Assembly: GCA_964016885.1 (NCBI GenBank)
Contig: OZ024744.1
Coordinates: 59,582,001 to 59,646,000 of the forward strand
Length of the DNA stretch: 64,000 bases
Source: Eledone cirrhosa
Lineage: Eukaryota
Direction of reading: 5' to 3'
A program made the translations under genes and the position numbers. The notes beneath the pieces were generated by a model that did not search any database, was not told the DNA's origin, and saw only the letters and a list, made by a program, of their open reading frames with translations. This document shows, piece after piece, positions 1 through 18,099 of the stretch (position 1 is its first letter; every line of letters starts with the position of its first letter).

Positions 1-1368
1 GCCTTTGCGAAAAAGTACTCTGTGGTCCCTTCTAAAACGGACTAGTACATAATGTTCCCCTTTTACACAGGAAGGACAGTGTAGGCCCGAATTTCTAAAA
101 TATCACAAAATTTTGGCTTCTGGCGAACCCTACCACCTCGCCTGGGAGACAGTAAAATCCCCATGGAAGAAAAGTGGACCCGAATGGAGAACTGGTCTGG
201 GATCAGTCTGGAAGTACTTCTCCAGATAAAACGGGTGGCGTAAAGTTACGTGTGGTCATTGGGGGCAAAAAGCTTAGGTTTTCATCTATGTAGGGAAAAC
301 ACCCACCTAAGAGTTTCTGTCTTCTACAGAAAACAGCCGGGAGCCACAGGGTACCATTGCTGCCAACACCAGGGCCCCATTAACAACAACAGCATCAGTT
401 CCGAACAACAGCAATGGCGCCAACACCAGTAACAGCAGCAACATCAATGACAGAGACACAGCAACACCAAATCCAACAACACCACAATGAGCAGCAACAG
501 ATCCATCACCATCACCACCACCACCACCACCACCACCACCACCACCACCACCACCACCACCACCACCACCACCAGTAGCAATAACAAGGTTCATTAAAAC
601 CACATTTAACACTCACATCAAAATATCCATCTCGCAGCAATGGATATTTAGCCGATTATTTCTTTTAATCCCCACCGAATTTGGTCATTTGTATTGTCCT
701 TTGTTTTTCGAACTCAGCGAATGGGTCTATTCTAAGCATGGAACGGATCCATTATCTCGGGCCATGGGGAAATGTGCCCTTTCTTATTGTATCATTGACC
801 ATTGACGATTGGGCTGATTTAAATCTGTAGGATTCCTGTATTACCCCTGGGTAGTAATCCCCACCTATTGGGGAATTCTGTTATTAATATATTGTTATTA
901 ATTAATTTTTATTTGGCCTGATGATGTCGAATCGATCGAACAGAATGCATGACCAGTATCCTATCTAATGTTCACGGTGGATCACAACACAACGCTGTTG
1001 GATCGAATATCGGAGAGTAAGGACAGAACAAAATACCACACGGTGTTTCATTCAATACAAGAAAAATAAAAAAATAAAAAATAAAATAAAATAAAAGAAG
1101 TGGCTGAAGAAGAATATATAGGAAATAATATAAGTTACGGAAACGCTTGGTGTATGATGACTTTCTGAGATAGAAAACAACAAAAACTCTTTTGTTTTAC
1201 ATTTTAAAAACATTTTTCTTCTTGTTTTGGTTTGGCGATATTGTCGTAAGTAACGTCTTGGGTGACAGTTACAGGACACGACTTGTCTGAAAACCCGTCA
1301 TTTTCATTTCCGCTTAGCTCTGCCATTTCATTTTAATAAACGTGTCACTTTTGTGATGTGTGAATGCG

Positions 1369-1660
1369 AGTGGCTTAATGGCTAGGGTTTTCGGCTGGTG
1401 ATCGTATGGTCGTAAGTTCGATTCCCAGTACTGTTTGTTTGAGCAAGCCCCTTTATTTCACGTTGTTCCAGTCCACTCAGCTGGAAAGAAAATAGGACTG
1501 CACTTGTAACACAAAGAGCCAACCTTGTTAGACTCTGTGTAACGCTGATTCTCCACGAGAGTTACCTTAAGATTACAGGTATCTATGGAACGCTCAGCCA
1601 TTTGCATGTTAAATTTACGAGCAGACTGTTCTGTTGATGAAACAGCTGGAATACTCATCG
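1369..1660 (+). mobile_element. tRNA-head SINE (long family), diverged
   Basis: gtggcttaatggctagg, gttcgattccc, body ctttatttcacgttgttccagtccactcagctgg; 3' part shared with about 2900-3045 and inverted at 37820-38075. Confidence 0.7.
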
Positions 1661-2148
1661 TTGGAGTGGAGGTGGTGGTTGTGGAGTTGTTAGTTTTGGT
1701 TGTAGTAACATATTAGTTGCTGTTTTATTGCAGACCACCTAGAAACATTTCTAGCAGATCAACAGATCAACTTGAAACACAACACTATTGATAAGTCAAG
1801 ACAGAAAACAGACACACACGTATACACCACTCCACACACACATTCACACACATAATAACCCCCCCCCCCCACACACACACAAACACACAACGTTCAACAA
1901 CGGTTCAAACGTTTGTGCAGCTTCCGCGAGAAATATACAAGATATTTTGTTTGGCCCGTTTCACCTTTCTATCCCTTTACTAAACTAAATGATTTTAAAG
2001 TTGCTTCTTGATAAATCTCATCTCAGTGCTATGGAATATAATTACGAGTCTGGAAGGACTAAGCCAAGTGATAATTGCTTGTGACGTAGGAAATGCAAAA
2101 GTATTTTTTGCTTGAAATTGGAGACAGAGTAAACAATAAATAAATTGA

Positions 2149-2191
<43 letters not shown>

Positions 2192-2269
2192 ACAAATAAA
2201 TAAAGAGATAATACAAATAAAAAATGAAACAGCTTAATTCAATTCCAACACAAACTCCACCATCGCCTC

Positions 2270-2317
<48 letters not shown>

Positions 2318-2704
2318 ACTAATGATAATAATGATAATAATAAGGGTTTCTGATATAGGCACAAGGCCAGCAATTTAGCGGAGTAGGGGTAAGTCGAGGA
2401 GTAGATTTCGCTCCAATCTTATATTTTCCCCTACCACACCCAATTAACACGCCCCAACCTTATATTGGTTCCACAACTCCCAAATGAACACATCAATCCG
2501 CACATTTGGTTACGCTCTATGTCACAATCCTTATCTACGCCTATCAACCCCTATCTCTAAAACATCTCTGCGGTCATAGCTCGGATGATCATGGCTTAAT
2601 CAAAGCCCACCCATCTCACAAACTCCTACCACATAGTACTTTCATCTCCTGCCAGCCCCGGAAAACTTTATTTATGTATGTTAATCAACTGATAAATGAC
2701 ACAA

Positions 2705-3050
2705 CATAGTTCAATGGTTAAAGAGTTTGCTTTATAACCATCAGGTCCCAGGTTCGACTCTATTGCGTGGTAACCTGGGTAAGTGTAATTTACTATAGCT
2801 TTTCGATTGACCCATCGACCCATACCGTGTATGGGAAATCCGGTAGACGGAAACTGTTTGGAAGCCCGTCATATACACTATATCTGTAATTCTATGGGCC
2901 AGTCTTGTTACACCCTGCCTTACGCTGAATCTCCCTGAGAAATGCGTTAAGGATACACGTGTATTTGGAATGCTCAGTCACTTTCATATTACTTTCAAAA
3001 GCAGGCTGTTTCGTTGATAAAACAACTGGAACACTCATCGTCGAAACCGG
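2705..3050 (+). mobile_element. tRNA-head SINE composite, diverged
   Basis: tagttcaatggttaaagag, ggttcgactc, gtagacggaaactg, acaactggaacactcatcgtcg. Confidence 0.65.
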
Positions 3051-4433
3051 TATATTCTAATTGGTACTGGCTTAACAGAATCGTTAGAGCGTTCGATAAG
3101 ATGCTTTCCGGTAACTGTTTCATCTTTCTGTGACTGATAAATGAATTTTCAGTTAAGTACTGGTGGCTATTTTTTTCTTTCTGGTTTTTAAGTTAGGTAC
3201 AATGCAAGCAACTGTTTGTGTGATTAAATCGACCTCAGTGCTTGACTGATACTTTATTTTGTCGATCCAGGCTGGATGAAAAAAATTGAGTTGACCTCGG
3301 CAGGATTTGAAGTCAGAAAATAATGATGGTGTGATCAAACCTGGAACAACTTTGACCCCTGACATTGGGTCTGTTTGATCAGGGCTGACCTTTGGGGCTT
3401 AATAGCAACAATAACAATATTACCAGAAATACAGAAAAAAGTAGAAAAAAATAGAAAGAAAGACAAATAAGAGAGAAAAATACAAAAATTTAAGAGAATA
3501 AAAAGTGAGAGAAAAAGAATTGAAGAAAGAAAGAAAGAAGGAAAGAAAGAAAGAAAGAAAATGAAGGAAAGGAAGAAAATGAAAGAAAAGAAATGGAAAG
3601 AATGAAAGTAAAGAAATAATGATGGAAAGCAAGAATGAATGAAAGAGCGAAGTTAAATGAATATGAATGAAAGAAGGAAATTAATATGAATGAAAGAAAG
3701 AAAGAAAAGCAAAGGAAAATTGAAAAATGAATGATTAGGAAAGAAAAATAGAAGAAAGAAAATGCAAGAAAAAATGAAAGAAAGAATGTAGTGAAGTAAG
3801 ATCTTTTTCTTAAGCAAAAATGAAGGAATGAAAAAGAAACAGGGAAGGGTAAATAAATAAAATAAAGAAGAATTAAAGAAATAAAGAACGATAAGAAAGA
3901 AAAAAAATTGAATGAATAAATATACTAAGGTGAAATGAAAAAGAAAAAAGCTGGTAAAATGAATAATAAAATAAGATTGTTACAAACTTACTTGTTTTTT
4001 TAAAAACAAATGTTTAACTCAGAGGTGAAAGTTGTTTTTAAAAGATAGTTTTAATATATATTTCTTGTGCTTATAAAACTATTGTTCGTACAGTTACTGG
4101 GTACATTGAAGGACTGAGTTGTCACAGCTATTTATAAGCAGGATATTGTCACACTTAGAGCTGTAAGAGTTAGTGTTCAAGTAGAGTTATAAATAAAAAT
4201 GGACGAGAGGAAGAGAGAAAGAGAGATCGAAACTCCAGATTTTACATTTGCATGCCCAAAAGTCAAACGAGAAATAATTGTCAGGGAAAAACAACAAATC
4301 TTAACCAGAAATAATACTAACACACCCAACAACAATAACTGCCTGGTTCAAGTTTGTCGTCATGCCAAAAATATTAATATTATGAATAAATTAATAAAAA
4401 AGGGGAGGGGGTGAAAGAGGGAGAGAATAAAGG

Positions 4434-4504
<71 letters not shown>

Positions 4505-4549
4505 GTTAAAAACGAGAAAGAGATAGAGAAAGGAGAGAATGGATCATTA

Positions 4550-4582
<33 letters not shown>

Positions 4583-5332
4583 GGGGGAAGAGGGGGAGTT
4601 TAAGTGAATTTATTTAATAAAATATCCGACGAAATATTTTTACATTGAATTATTTCTTTTTCAACTTCAACAGAGTAGTCTACGGCCTCCTCCTCCTCCT
4701 CCGCCGCCTCAATCTTCTCCTCATTTACCTCCTCCTTCTCCTCATTCACCTTCTTCGTTAACTTAATTATACAACATTCTCTAAAATTGGCTCGGTGCTC
4801 TTTTCATGCCATATTTTAATAAACATTTTAGATATCAACGCCTTGGTGTTTATTTTTGTGTGTTTTTTTTTAAATTTTACTTTTCTTGAACGATTACTAT
4901 GTTCCATCTAGTTTAAAGGATTCCCAAATCACATACACGAGGACACTCACACACATTATATATATATACACACATACATACATACATATATACATACATA
5001 CATATATACAAACACACATACATACATACGTACGTACATACATACATATATACGTACATACATACGTACATACATACGTACGTACATACATACATACATA
5101 CATAGAGAGAGGGAGAGATTTAAAAATATACACACCCACTTTGCATAAGATCATTATCATTTAATATTTCGAGTGCCACTACTCTTCTTCAAGCACCAAA
5201 ATTCTTTCCTATACATCACCTTTCATTAAGGACATGTTATTTTTCCACTTATATATTATATATCTTAGCATTTTCTAATATATTTTCTCTTCCGAATTCT
5301 TCTAATTTTATATTACTTAGAGATATTATACG

Positions 5333-5414
<82 letters not shown>

Positions 5415-5605
5415 CCTGGGTCCTGTATTTTCGTTGCTCTAGTGATGCGGCTGGACTGCCGACCGCTATATCTGATTTGCTAAGCTGTCTGAACGTAATG
5501 TTATTACTCTGAGGTCTTTCCTCATCTGAGTGCTCAAGCTACAGACCGATTATGCATATACGCTAGCTTGGTCGTATTCTAAAGCTTCGTCATTGCTGTA
5601 CTAAA

Positions 5606-5648
<43 letters not shown>

Positions 5649-5689
5649 AAGTAAAAGCGAAGTAGTTTCAGATGTTCAAGTCCTTTAAT

Positions 5690-5836
5690 AATAATTGTTT
5701 CTACTTTTGGCACAAGGCCAGCAATTAATCAGTGGTACTTTATGGTACTTTATTTTATCGACCCCGTAAGGATGAAAGGCAAAGTAAACCTCGGCGGGAT
5801 TTGAACTCAGAATGGCAAGGACCGTAACTCTATGCG
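5690..5836 (-). mobile_element. tRNA-head SINE (short family), head truncated next to the hammerhead cassette
   Basis: Matches the 8637 copy up to about 5836. Confidence 0.8.
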
Positions 5837-5843
5837 TAATAAT

Positions 5844-5917
5844 GCTGTGATATATATTTCAATGACGACACTGGCCACACTGTTCTGTGTGCGAGTGTCG
5901 TGACATCATCAGACAGC
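5844..5917 (-). ncRNA. Type I hammerhead ribozyme fold
   Basis: gctgt CTGATGA [tgtcacgacact...agtgtcgtcatt] GAAA tatata TC acagc. Confidence 0.8.
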
Positions 5918-6070
5918 TTGTTACATAATAAGGTTATGTTTCCGAGGCAATCCAAGTTGAATCGACAGGGGAACGGACGAAGTGTGTGCTTTTGGGTTCT
6001 TCGTCCGTTCCCCTGTGAGTACCAATTCACCCCCACCGGTTGCGCAGGCGCATGCCCGAAGGAAGTTGAC

Positions 6071-6134
<64 letters not shown>

Positions 6135-6756
6135 TATGTGATCCAATGAGTTATTGGTGGTGGTAATCACTCGTTCCACAGGCAGAATGTATATATTAAG
6201 GAAAACGATGAAGTTTTGTTTACATTTTGTTAGTTTTTTTGTTACGTACGTTTCGCAGCGGATTGGCTCAAGGTCGGCTATATAAGTTATAGACCCGACT
6301 CCATGGTGATTCGAAAAAAAAAAAAAAACTGCTGATGGTGACCTTCAGCCAATCCTCTGCGAAACACGCGTATTAGGTCGATACACAGCAAAAAAGACAA
6401 AACAAAAAACAGAACAAAAAACAAAAACAAACAAACTAACAACTGAACATCGGCCATATTCAAAAACAGCGTCTTATACATAGACGCTGTTTGCTATTAT
6501 CAGTACAAACCATGAAAATACTAGTTTCATGAATTCCAAATATAACACTGTATTACAACACACACACGCCTACATATATATATATATATATGTGTCGTCA
6601 CTATATATATATATATATGTGATCGTCGACATGATATTTGCACGGCAAGACGAGTGAGTAAGTGAATGTAGAGTGGATGGCATCTGTAGAATCATTTAAG
6701 TAGTAATCTATCAGCAATCTTTACTGACCTGCTCCAACAAATCTCATAGGTATGGC

Positions 6757-6822
<66 letters not shown>

Positions 6823-7764
6823 AATATAAATGTGTGTGTGTGTGTGTGTGTGTGTCTGTGTGTGTGTGTGTCTTCCATATTTGTTTTTATGCATATAAGC
6901 TTATGTATATCTTATGTACGTACGTACATCTATCTATATATCAGTCTATCCGTCAGTATGTCCCCCCCCCCCACTCTAATTTTCTCTCTCTTTTTTCTTT
7001 TAATTTCTAATGTGTATATTTGTATATGTATGTGTATATGTGCGTATGTGTTTATGTATGAGCGTGTATGTGTAAATGTATAAATGAACAAACTCACAGG
7101 GTACGCAAAGATATCAAGATAAATACATACATACATACATACATACATACATACATACATACATACATACATACATACATACATTCATACATACCTCATA
7201 AATACATACATACATTCATACATACATGCCTCATACATACATACATACATATACATTCATACATACGTACGTACATACATACATATACATTCATACATAC
7301 ATACCTCATACATACATACATACGCATATACATACATACATTCTTACATACGCACATACATACATACTTTTAGGCACGCAATCGTATATACACATCCACG
7401 GAGAGACATAGGCCACACACCTCATGCATTTATGCACACACACACACAAACACGCACACGCACGCACCCATACATACATACATACATACACACAGAGACA
7501 CACGTATACACATACATATATATGTACACGTATAACACATATATTCAGATAAATAGACAAAATGGCAGGCAGAGAGACAGTCAAAATGGTGTACAGACAG
7601 ACTGACAGACTCAATCTGATAACAAAACAACAACAACAACAAAATAATTAAAAAAAGAAAATGAAAACTGTGTTGAGATGCGGTGAGATAAACATGAAGA
7701 AAGTTGACTGTTGGGGTAGGAGATATGCCTAAGGGTGTGGTAAAAGTTATCATACATAGGTATT

Positions 7765-7858
<94 letters not shown>

Positions 7859-7938
7859 TTATATATATATATATATATATAGGTATGTGGTATATATGTA
7901 AATAGGCATGTGTATAGATATATATGCATATATGTGTG

Positions 7939-7969
<31 letters not shown>

Positions 7970-7982
7970 GTTAGTGTGTATG

Positions 7983-8045
<63 letters not shown>

Positions 8046-8636
8046 TAGTGTGTATATATATATATATATATATGTTAGTGTGTATGCATGTATAGGTATG
8101 TGCGCGTGTATATGTACACATTCATTTAGGAGTATTTCACAAATGCAGATACGTACATACATACATATATGCATACATCAATACATACGTACATACGTAC
8201 ATACATACACGCATGCATACACTACAGCTCTTGTATCCTAACTATGAATTCACATGTGCACTTATTACCACAGATGCGCTGGGCCATGCAACCATATATT
8301 TGAATAAAAGCCTTGAAGTAATGGGGATTTCCAACAATGACACAAAGCAAACAATTGATTTGCAGCGTAGTGATGATTTGCATGTCATTCCAAAGATTTT
8401 TTTCATTTGTGTTTCTTGAAATTATTATATATACACAAATAGCTGCGTGTATATGACGTACACGCATATCTGCACATATATATATGTATATGCCCACACA
8501 AATGTACACACATTCATACCCTAGAAAGACATGTCCATTCATAAAATGAGTGCAAGTAGACACGCCTACATTATAACATATTTATACTAGAACAGCGTGT
8601 ATTTAAAGATTTGGGGTAAACTCTTAAGGTAGATAT

Positions 8637-8828
8637 AAATAATTGTTTCTACTTTTTGGCACAAGGCCAGCAATTACCCAGTGCATTACTGGTACTTTAT
8701 TTTATCGACCCTGTAAGGATGAAAGGCAAAGTCAACCTCGGCGGGATTTGAACTCAGATTGGAAAGGGCCGTAACTCTATGCATCAAAGCATGGCGTCCG
8801 ACCCTCTACCGATACTGCCAATCCACCA
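8637..8828 (-). mobile_element. tRNA-head SINE (short family), near full length
   Basis: Minus strand shows A-box tggcagtatcggtagag, B-box gagttcaaatccc, body cctttcatccttac...ataaaataaagtacc, tail tagaaacaatta. Confidence 0.85.
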
Positions 8829-9209
8829 AAATAATGTTCTATAATATATTTACCTTAAGTTTATCACTAACCTTCATATCCACTCTTCTCAGGTCTTGAA
8901 TAATCACCCCCTCCCCACCTTTTCGTTTATTAATTTTTCAGATTTTTTCTAGCTTCTACTCTCTCCCCGCTTTTGCTAATCTATCTCCGTCGAAATGTTA
9001 TTGTGATTCGTATCGATACAGCAGCTGGAGAATCTAATGATTATTTTATTTTACATTAAAATAAAACATTATATATGAAAAAATCCGAACATTACAAGAA
9101 ATCCTACATTTAGGATCGTACAAAATTACCGATTCCTCCCCCAGTTTATTCCACAACCCCTATTATTTGGGATCCAAGAGTATATATATATATATAAATA
9201 TATACGGAT

Positions 9210-9263
<54 letters not shown>

Positions 9264-9524
9264 CAGAGAGATACATGTACACAGTAAAATGAAAAAACGT
9301 GCAAAGATGAACTGATGGCGATTTCTGGCGGTGGTGGTTGTGTTAGTGGTGTTGGTTGTGGTATGTGTAGTTGAGATAGCAGCGATGGCGATGGTGATGA
9401 TGATAATGATGATGACGCTGATGCTTAGCCCCAGGTCAATCTTGACAAAGCAGACATATGATCGTGATCATCTCACCATTTTATATTCTGTCAGGACAAC
9501 GTAAAACTTACATCATCCTTATAG

Positions 9525-9703
9525 ATTGGCAGTATCGGTAGAGCGTCAGACGCCATGCTTTGCATCAGAGTTACTGACCTTTACGTTTCGAGTTCAAATC
9601 CCGCCGAGGTTAACTATACCTTTCATCCTTACGGGGGTCGATAAAATAAAGTACCAGTAATGCACTGGGGTAATTGCTGGCCTTGTGCCAAAAGTAGAAA
9701 CAC
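9525..9703 (+). mobile_element. tRNA-head SINE (short family)
   Basis: ttggcagtatcggtagagcg ... gagttcaaatcccgcc ... gccttgtgccaaaagtagaaac. Confidence 0.85.
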
Positions 9704-11795
9704 AGTTATCATTATAGAAAGACGGCGGTAGTTTAGGGTAGTGTTGGTTATGATTTGAGAGAAATTTCGCTACTGTGTTAGGTTATCGAAAATGGTGTCA
9801 TATTCCATTGTTGTCATCTTGTTTTTTTGTTTTTTATGTGGGAGGGGGGGGGGGGGGGGGTAGCAGCATTATCATTTTTCTTCAACAGTTCTTTTTCTTT
9901 TTTTCTGTTTGTTTATTTATTCATTTACTTAATCATTTATATACATATCTATTTATGTACTTGTTTGTTTATTTTTTTATGTATCTATTTATTTTATGAC
10001 GATACCAATAAGTTATTCGTATCGCCATGAAAATATGATATGATAAATTAATTATGCACTATCGTAGCGATATGGATTATCAACTGTCACAACATTACAC
10101 ACAATATATGATATGATACGATATCAGATATGCAAACATACACATCACATGTAAACCACGCGCGCGCGCGCGCGCATGCCATTTTCACATATATATCATA
10201 CAGATGTATTATACATACATAATCCGCCTACGTATACACATTTAAACGCACGTACACATACTTTAAATATAGTACAGTAATTGACACGTTGTAAAACGTG
10301 AATTTAATTTCCTCCAGCTTTGCGTCAATGAGATTTTAAAGGACCGGCATCGGTTCAGTAGCTCTGTTTCCGTGGCAGTTTTAAAAGTAGGCGAAAGATA
10401 AGTCTTCTAGCCCACGGATAAGACACCTAGATACCACAAATCTAACGATGATAACAACCCCCAGAATATCTGGGACATATTCTTGACAGATATTCTAGGT
10501 GAACTGGGGTAAAGTAAAGTACGATATACTGTTTAGATGTGCGCGCGCGTGTGCGCATGTGTGTTGGACTTAGAAATAGCCACGAAAAACCCCTCAAATC
10601 ATACCCTAATTTACATAAGACATTCTTATATACATTGCACGATATAAAGAGGGAATATGCACATCTACATTACCTTTAATCGCAGGTATGCTAAATTCAG
10701 AGCTCCGTCGATTTACAATGATGATATCCGTCACGGAACAGCATGCACGTGAAATTCGGTGGGACGGCGTGTGACAAAACCAGTTCTTTGAATTTACACG
10801 AACAACTCATTTGTTCTATCTGGATGGGCTGGAGCAGCTTGAAATAAAGTGTCTTGCTGAAGGACACAACGTGCCGCCGGGAATCGAACTCATGGCTTAT
10901 GGAGCTGAATACCCCTGACCACTAAACCACACACCTCTACACTCTCTAGATACAAAGTCAGAAAGGATGAGAGATAATTTTTTTCTGGATAGGTCACCAG
11001 AGCACCAGTATAACACTGGCAACTCTCCCAAAGGGTCTAGTACCTGTTGCTAATAGATATTGTAAGTGAACTGAGGTAATGTAGATTACGATGTTCTGTA
11101 AATAGAAAGTGAGAAAGTACGAATGATTAATCTTTTTCTCTGTGTAGGAGGACACGAGTTTTTCACAGGTTAACAGTTAACATCGCTATTCGACAACCAG
11201 GTCGTGCAGGATCTGTAAGAGGTTTGTATTTCATGCCTACCCCTACAAACAAAACCTCTCAGTGCCCTTGAATTTCCCAAGAAAATCGAAAGCAGCTTAG
11301 TTCTGCATTGTGAAATTTTTCTCGGTGTCCCTATTTAAAGTGTTCACAACAAAAGGTTTATAGTAGAATGTGTGGGCTTGTGTTTTCATCTTTATATCGC
11401 AATTTGTGAAGAATAAAGTCAGTGGTTATATACAGATTTACAAAGAGCCAGTTACCCTTGTGGTTAAGGTGCTGGGATCTTGATTACATCATAGGTTTGA
11501 TTCCTGAATCTGGTGATACGTTTTTCCAGTCAATTATGCTAAAAATGAATACCAGCTGCAGCTGAAGAGTTAGCTCTGCGATGGGTACCATTAACATACA
11601 GCGTGATACAGTGTGTGACAAGGCCTGGCCCTTTGATGGCTTCCAACTAGATTCTGTCTACTTATTTTCACTCACAAAGTTTGAGTTGACCCAAGGTCTA
11701 TGATAAAAGACACTGGCTTAGGATGTCATGCACTGAGATCGAAGCCAGATCATATTCTATCTATCTATCTCTTTCTCTCCACCCTCATATATATA

Positions 11796-12579
11796 TCTAT
11801 ATATATATAACAGAGGATGTCTGTGTGTCTGTTTCCCTAAAACTCGAGAAGTACCCAACCGGTTTTTTTCAAACTTTATACATGTAACTCGTATGACCCC
11901 GGAAGTGTTTTGAGCAAAAACAATTTCAAATTTTCCATGCCCTAGGGACCGCATTAGGCGATTTAGCGATCTCTTTCTCTTTCTCTTAGTCTTTCTATTT
12001 TTAGATAGATACATAGATATGACGTCGCGCCTTCATAATATCTGTCTGTATGCCTGACTGTCTGCATTACGTCATTATGACGAGATCAGTGTGTGTGTGT
12101 ATATATATTCTTATGCCAGGGAACGTCTTCACGAACCAAAGTATCGTCTTCCTGTTTTCCAGATTGATTTTTTTAGTTTAAGAAGATCCCGTTAAGGTTG
12201 AAAGCAGCGATTCTTTGCTTAAACATTAATATTTTATTTTAATATAGATATTCGTGTACAGATATTTTTGCATACACAAAAACAAAATATAAACAAACAA
12301 GGCCAAAGATTACATCAATTAGTCTTAGTGTACTTCATACTGCTTTTAGGTAGAAGATCCCGTTAAGGGTGAAAGCAGTGATTTTTTGCTTAAACTTTAG
12401 TCTGTTATTTTAATATATATATATATATAATTAAATATTTATGGACAGATATTTTTGCATACACAATAACAAAATATAAACAAACGTATTTATTTCACGA
12501 GGTTCGATAAGGATAAATATATATAAAATATATAAGAACCCTATAGCAAATCCCGAGCAACGCCGGGCCATTCTGCTAG
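11796..12579 (+). mobile_element. Non-autonomous Helitron
   Basis: 5' TC-tatata start; 3' hairpin cccgagcaacgccggg (12552-12567) then CTAG (12576-12579); inserted at A|T. Confidence 0.8.
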
Positions 12580-15628
<3,049 letters not shown>

Positions 15629-15711
15629 TTATTAAAATAACAGATTAAAGTTTAAGCAAAGATATCGAGCCCTCTTTGGACTTTAGTCTTCAAATTTATT
15701 ATTATTACCAT

Positions 15712-15771
<60 letters not shown>

Positions 15772-16643
15772 ATACCTAGATACCTGTCCACCCATCCATC
15801 TATCTATCCCCTTTTCTCTTCATCTTTAACTGTTACTTATAACAACCAGATTGTGTTGCTCTTCTGAACTAGCAAAATGGAATCCGATCTCTACCACCAC
15901 TCACGATATCCCTAATTCCTCTTTCCCCCCTATTCTATATTCACCTCCGCCTACTCGCACTTCCCCTATCTCCTCTTTCAGCTCTGTTTCAGAATACAAC
16001 ACCCACGCACCAAACACTTCACCTACTTTTAGAGAGTTCCTCTACAGAGGAGCTAACAAAAACACTCCGGAACTGACTTCCGTAGCCCTACCGACCGGCG
16101 CCGAACCCCACGGCTCCAACCATGCCAAGTTATTTTTGAAGATTTTTAACCCTCTGCAGAGAGATGTATGTTCCAAATGAACATCAAACATAGAGCATAG
16201 CTGTTGATGGATACTACACGTTCACCACTTAACTATTTAATAAATAAAATGGACGCGCAATGAACACATACATGCGTACATACATATATATATACACACA
16301 CATACATACATACATACATACATACATACCCATAACCACACATAATATTCAGAAGCACTTCATTTCGTGGATTCGGTAAACTGCCTAACCTCCAAACACA
16401 CAACAACGCCACCGCCATTACCATCACCATCATCAACAACTCCACTAGAGAAAGAAGGCTTGCTCGGGGTCTGTGTAGAATGCGCCGGCTGTAAAAACAG
16501 TCACGCTTGCTAAATGTGAATTTCAAAATGGCTTGTTTTATCCCCGAAGAGAGAAAATAGAGGGTAGATATATCTTTTTGTTTCAACATTGGAGTTCTCC
16601 CTTACCTCTAATATACATACACATACATAAAACACACACATAT

Positions 16644-16676
<33 letters not shown>

Positions 16677-16734
16677 ATGCATACATACGTATATTTATAT
16701 AAACATATATGAGCGCGTGTATGTGTATCATGTA

Positions 16735-16786
<52 letters not shown>

Positions 16787-16984
16787 ATATATATATACAC
16801 ACTCTGCATCAACCTGCCCCCTGCTACTTCAAAGACTATTTCAAGACAGTTTCGCCACGGGTCCTGATAATATGAATATAAGTCGGTTATCATTAATAGA
16901 GACTTAATAAAAATTCACTGTCACTTGGCTCCTACCCCCTCTCACTCTCTTTCTCTCTCCATCCATATATAAATGTGTTTGTAT

Positions 16985-17016
<32 letters not shown>

Positions 17017-17019
<3 letters not shown>

Positions 17020-17208
17020 GGAACGAGTAGGACCCCGACGGCTGAGCTCAAGCCGTTTCGACGGCTAATTCTGGACAGAATTAGCCGTCGAAACGGCTTG
17101 AGCTCAGCCGTCAGGGTCCTACTCGTTCCTATTACCCACTCTACTACCCTAAGTATTGAGTACTTTGGTGCATTATGGTCCACCTGGTTCCTTACCACAT
17201 TTCCTTCG

Positions 17209-17210
<2 letters not shown>
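17017..17210 (+). mobile_element. Fold-back cassette in (TA)n carrying the 3' half of a hammerhead
   Basis: Inverted arms 17017-17073 / 17076-17132 plus a unique tail; GAAA cggct..agccg TC; homologous to 62925-63075 and 63448-63642. Confidence 0.75.
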
Positions 17211-17267
<57 letters not shown>

Positions 17268-17430
17268 TCTTTGAGGTCAAATACCAACCTACTACCATCT
17301 ACAAACTGACCAATGAGAATCAAGACCATTCCTGCTGACAACATCAAAGTATTCCTAACAAGCTCATATGTCCCAAGGCTCTGATACCATCAACACTACA
17401 CACAGAGCTGGCATATCTAAGAACTGACTA

Positions 17431-17486
17431 ACTGCCTGATGAGGTCATAGCCATTCAATGGTTATCATCGAAATATATATAGCAAT
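17431..17486 (+). ncRNA. Type I hammerhead ribozyme fold (PLE pLTR, related to 62521)
   Basis: actgc CTGATGA [ggtcatagcca...tggttatcatc] GAAA tatata TA gcaat. Confidence 0.75.
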
Positions 17487-17756
17487 AAATAAAGGATTAT
17501 GAGTTCATGCAATTGACTTATGTTTCGTCACTATATATATAGCGAGAAGATCTCCGACCCATTAGAGTGCTCTACCGGTTACAAATAGATGGGGGCGTAG
17601 ATCCGTATGTAGTTGAAGGACGAGTTCTTGTTTCATGACTCTTTGAGCATGCAGGTGGAGTTCCGGAGTAAGAAGACTCACTATTTATCCTTAACAAAAT
17701 GAATACTTTCGTATTGAGTGAACTCCTTTCTCTAGTCCGTCAACAACATACGGATA

Positions 17757-18057
17757 TCATCATCATCATCATCATCATTTTACGTCCGCTTATCTCTGCT
17801 TGCAAGGGCGGTACGGGTCCTATTCAGCACAGCATCTCTCCACTTCTCACAGTCCTTCGTCATCTCCACCGTTAGCTTCAGCCCATGTCTTTCGTGGTCT
17901 ACCTCATGCGTCTTCCTTCTACTGGGATTTCCTGGCACTTCTTTACCCAGCGGTCATACTCCATGCGCATCACATGTCCATACCACTTCCGTCTCCTCTC
18001 TCGCACACTACATTCTATCCCCCTCAGACACAGTTTCTCTCTCAACACATCCAATCT

Positions 18058-18060
<3 letters not shown>
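17757..18060 (-). mobile_element. RTE-clade LINE 3' end
   Basis: Minus frame ERRRKWYGHVMRMEYDRWVKKC...RPRKTW-like, then a (GAT)n tail. Confidence 0.8.

Positions 18061-18099
<39 letters not shown>

Noticed and set aside
307-612. Poly-Gly plus hydrophobic ORF
   Set aside because: Derived from (CCA)n and CAA-rich repeats.
9525-9610. A/B-box segments as tRNA genes
   Set aside because: No cloverleaf, and they continue into shared SINE bodies and tails.
15851-16180. 109-aa Pro/Ser/Thr-rich ORF
   Set aside because: TTG start, no recognisable motif and no splice support; possibly retroelement debris.
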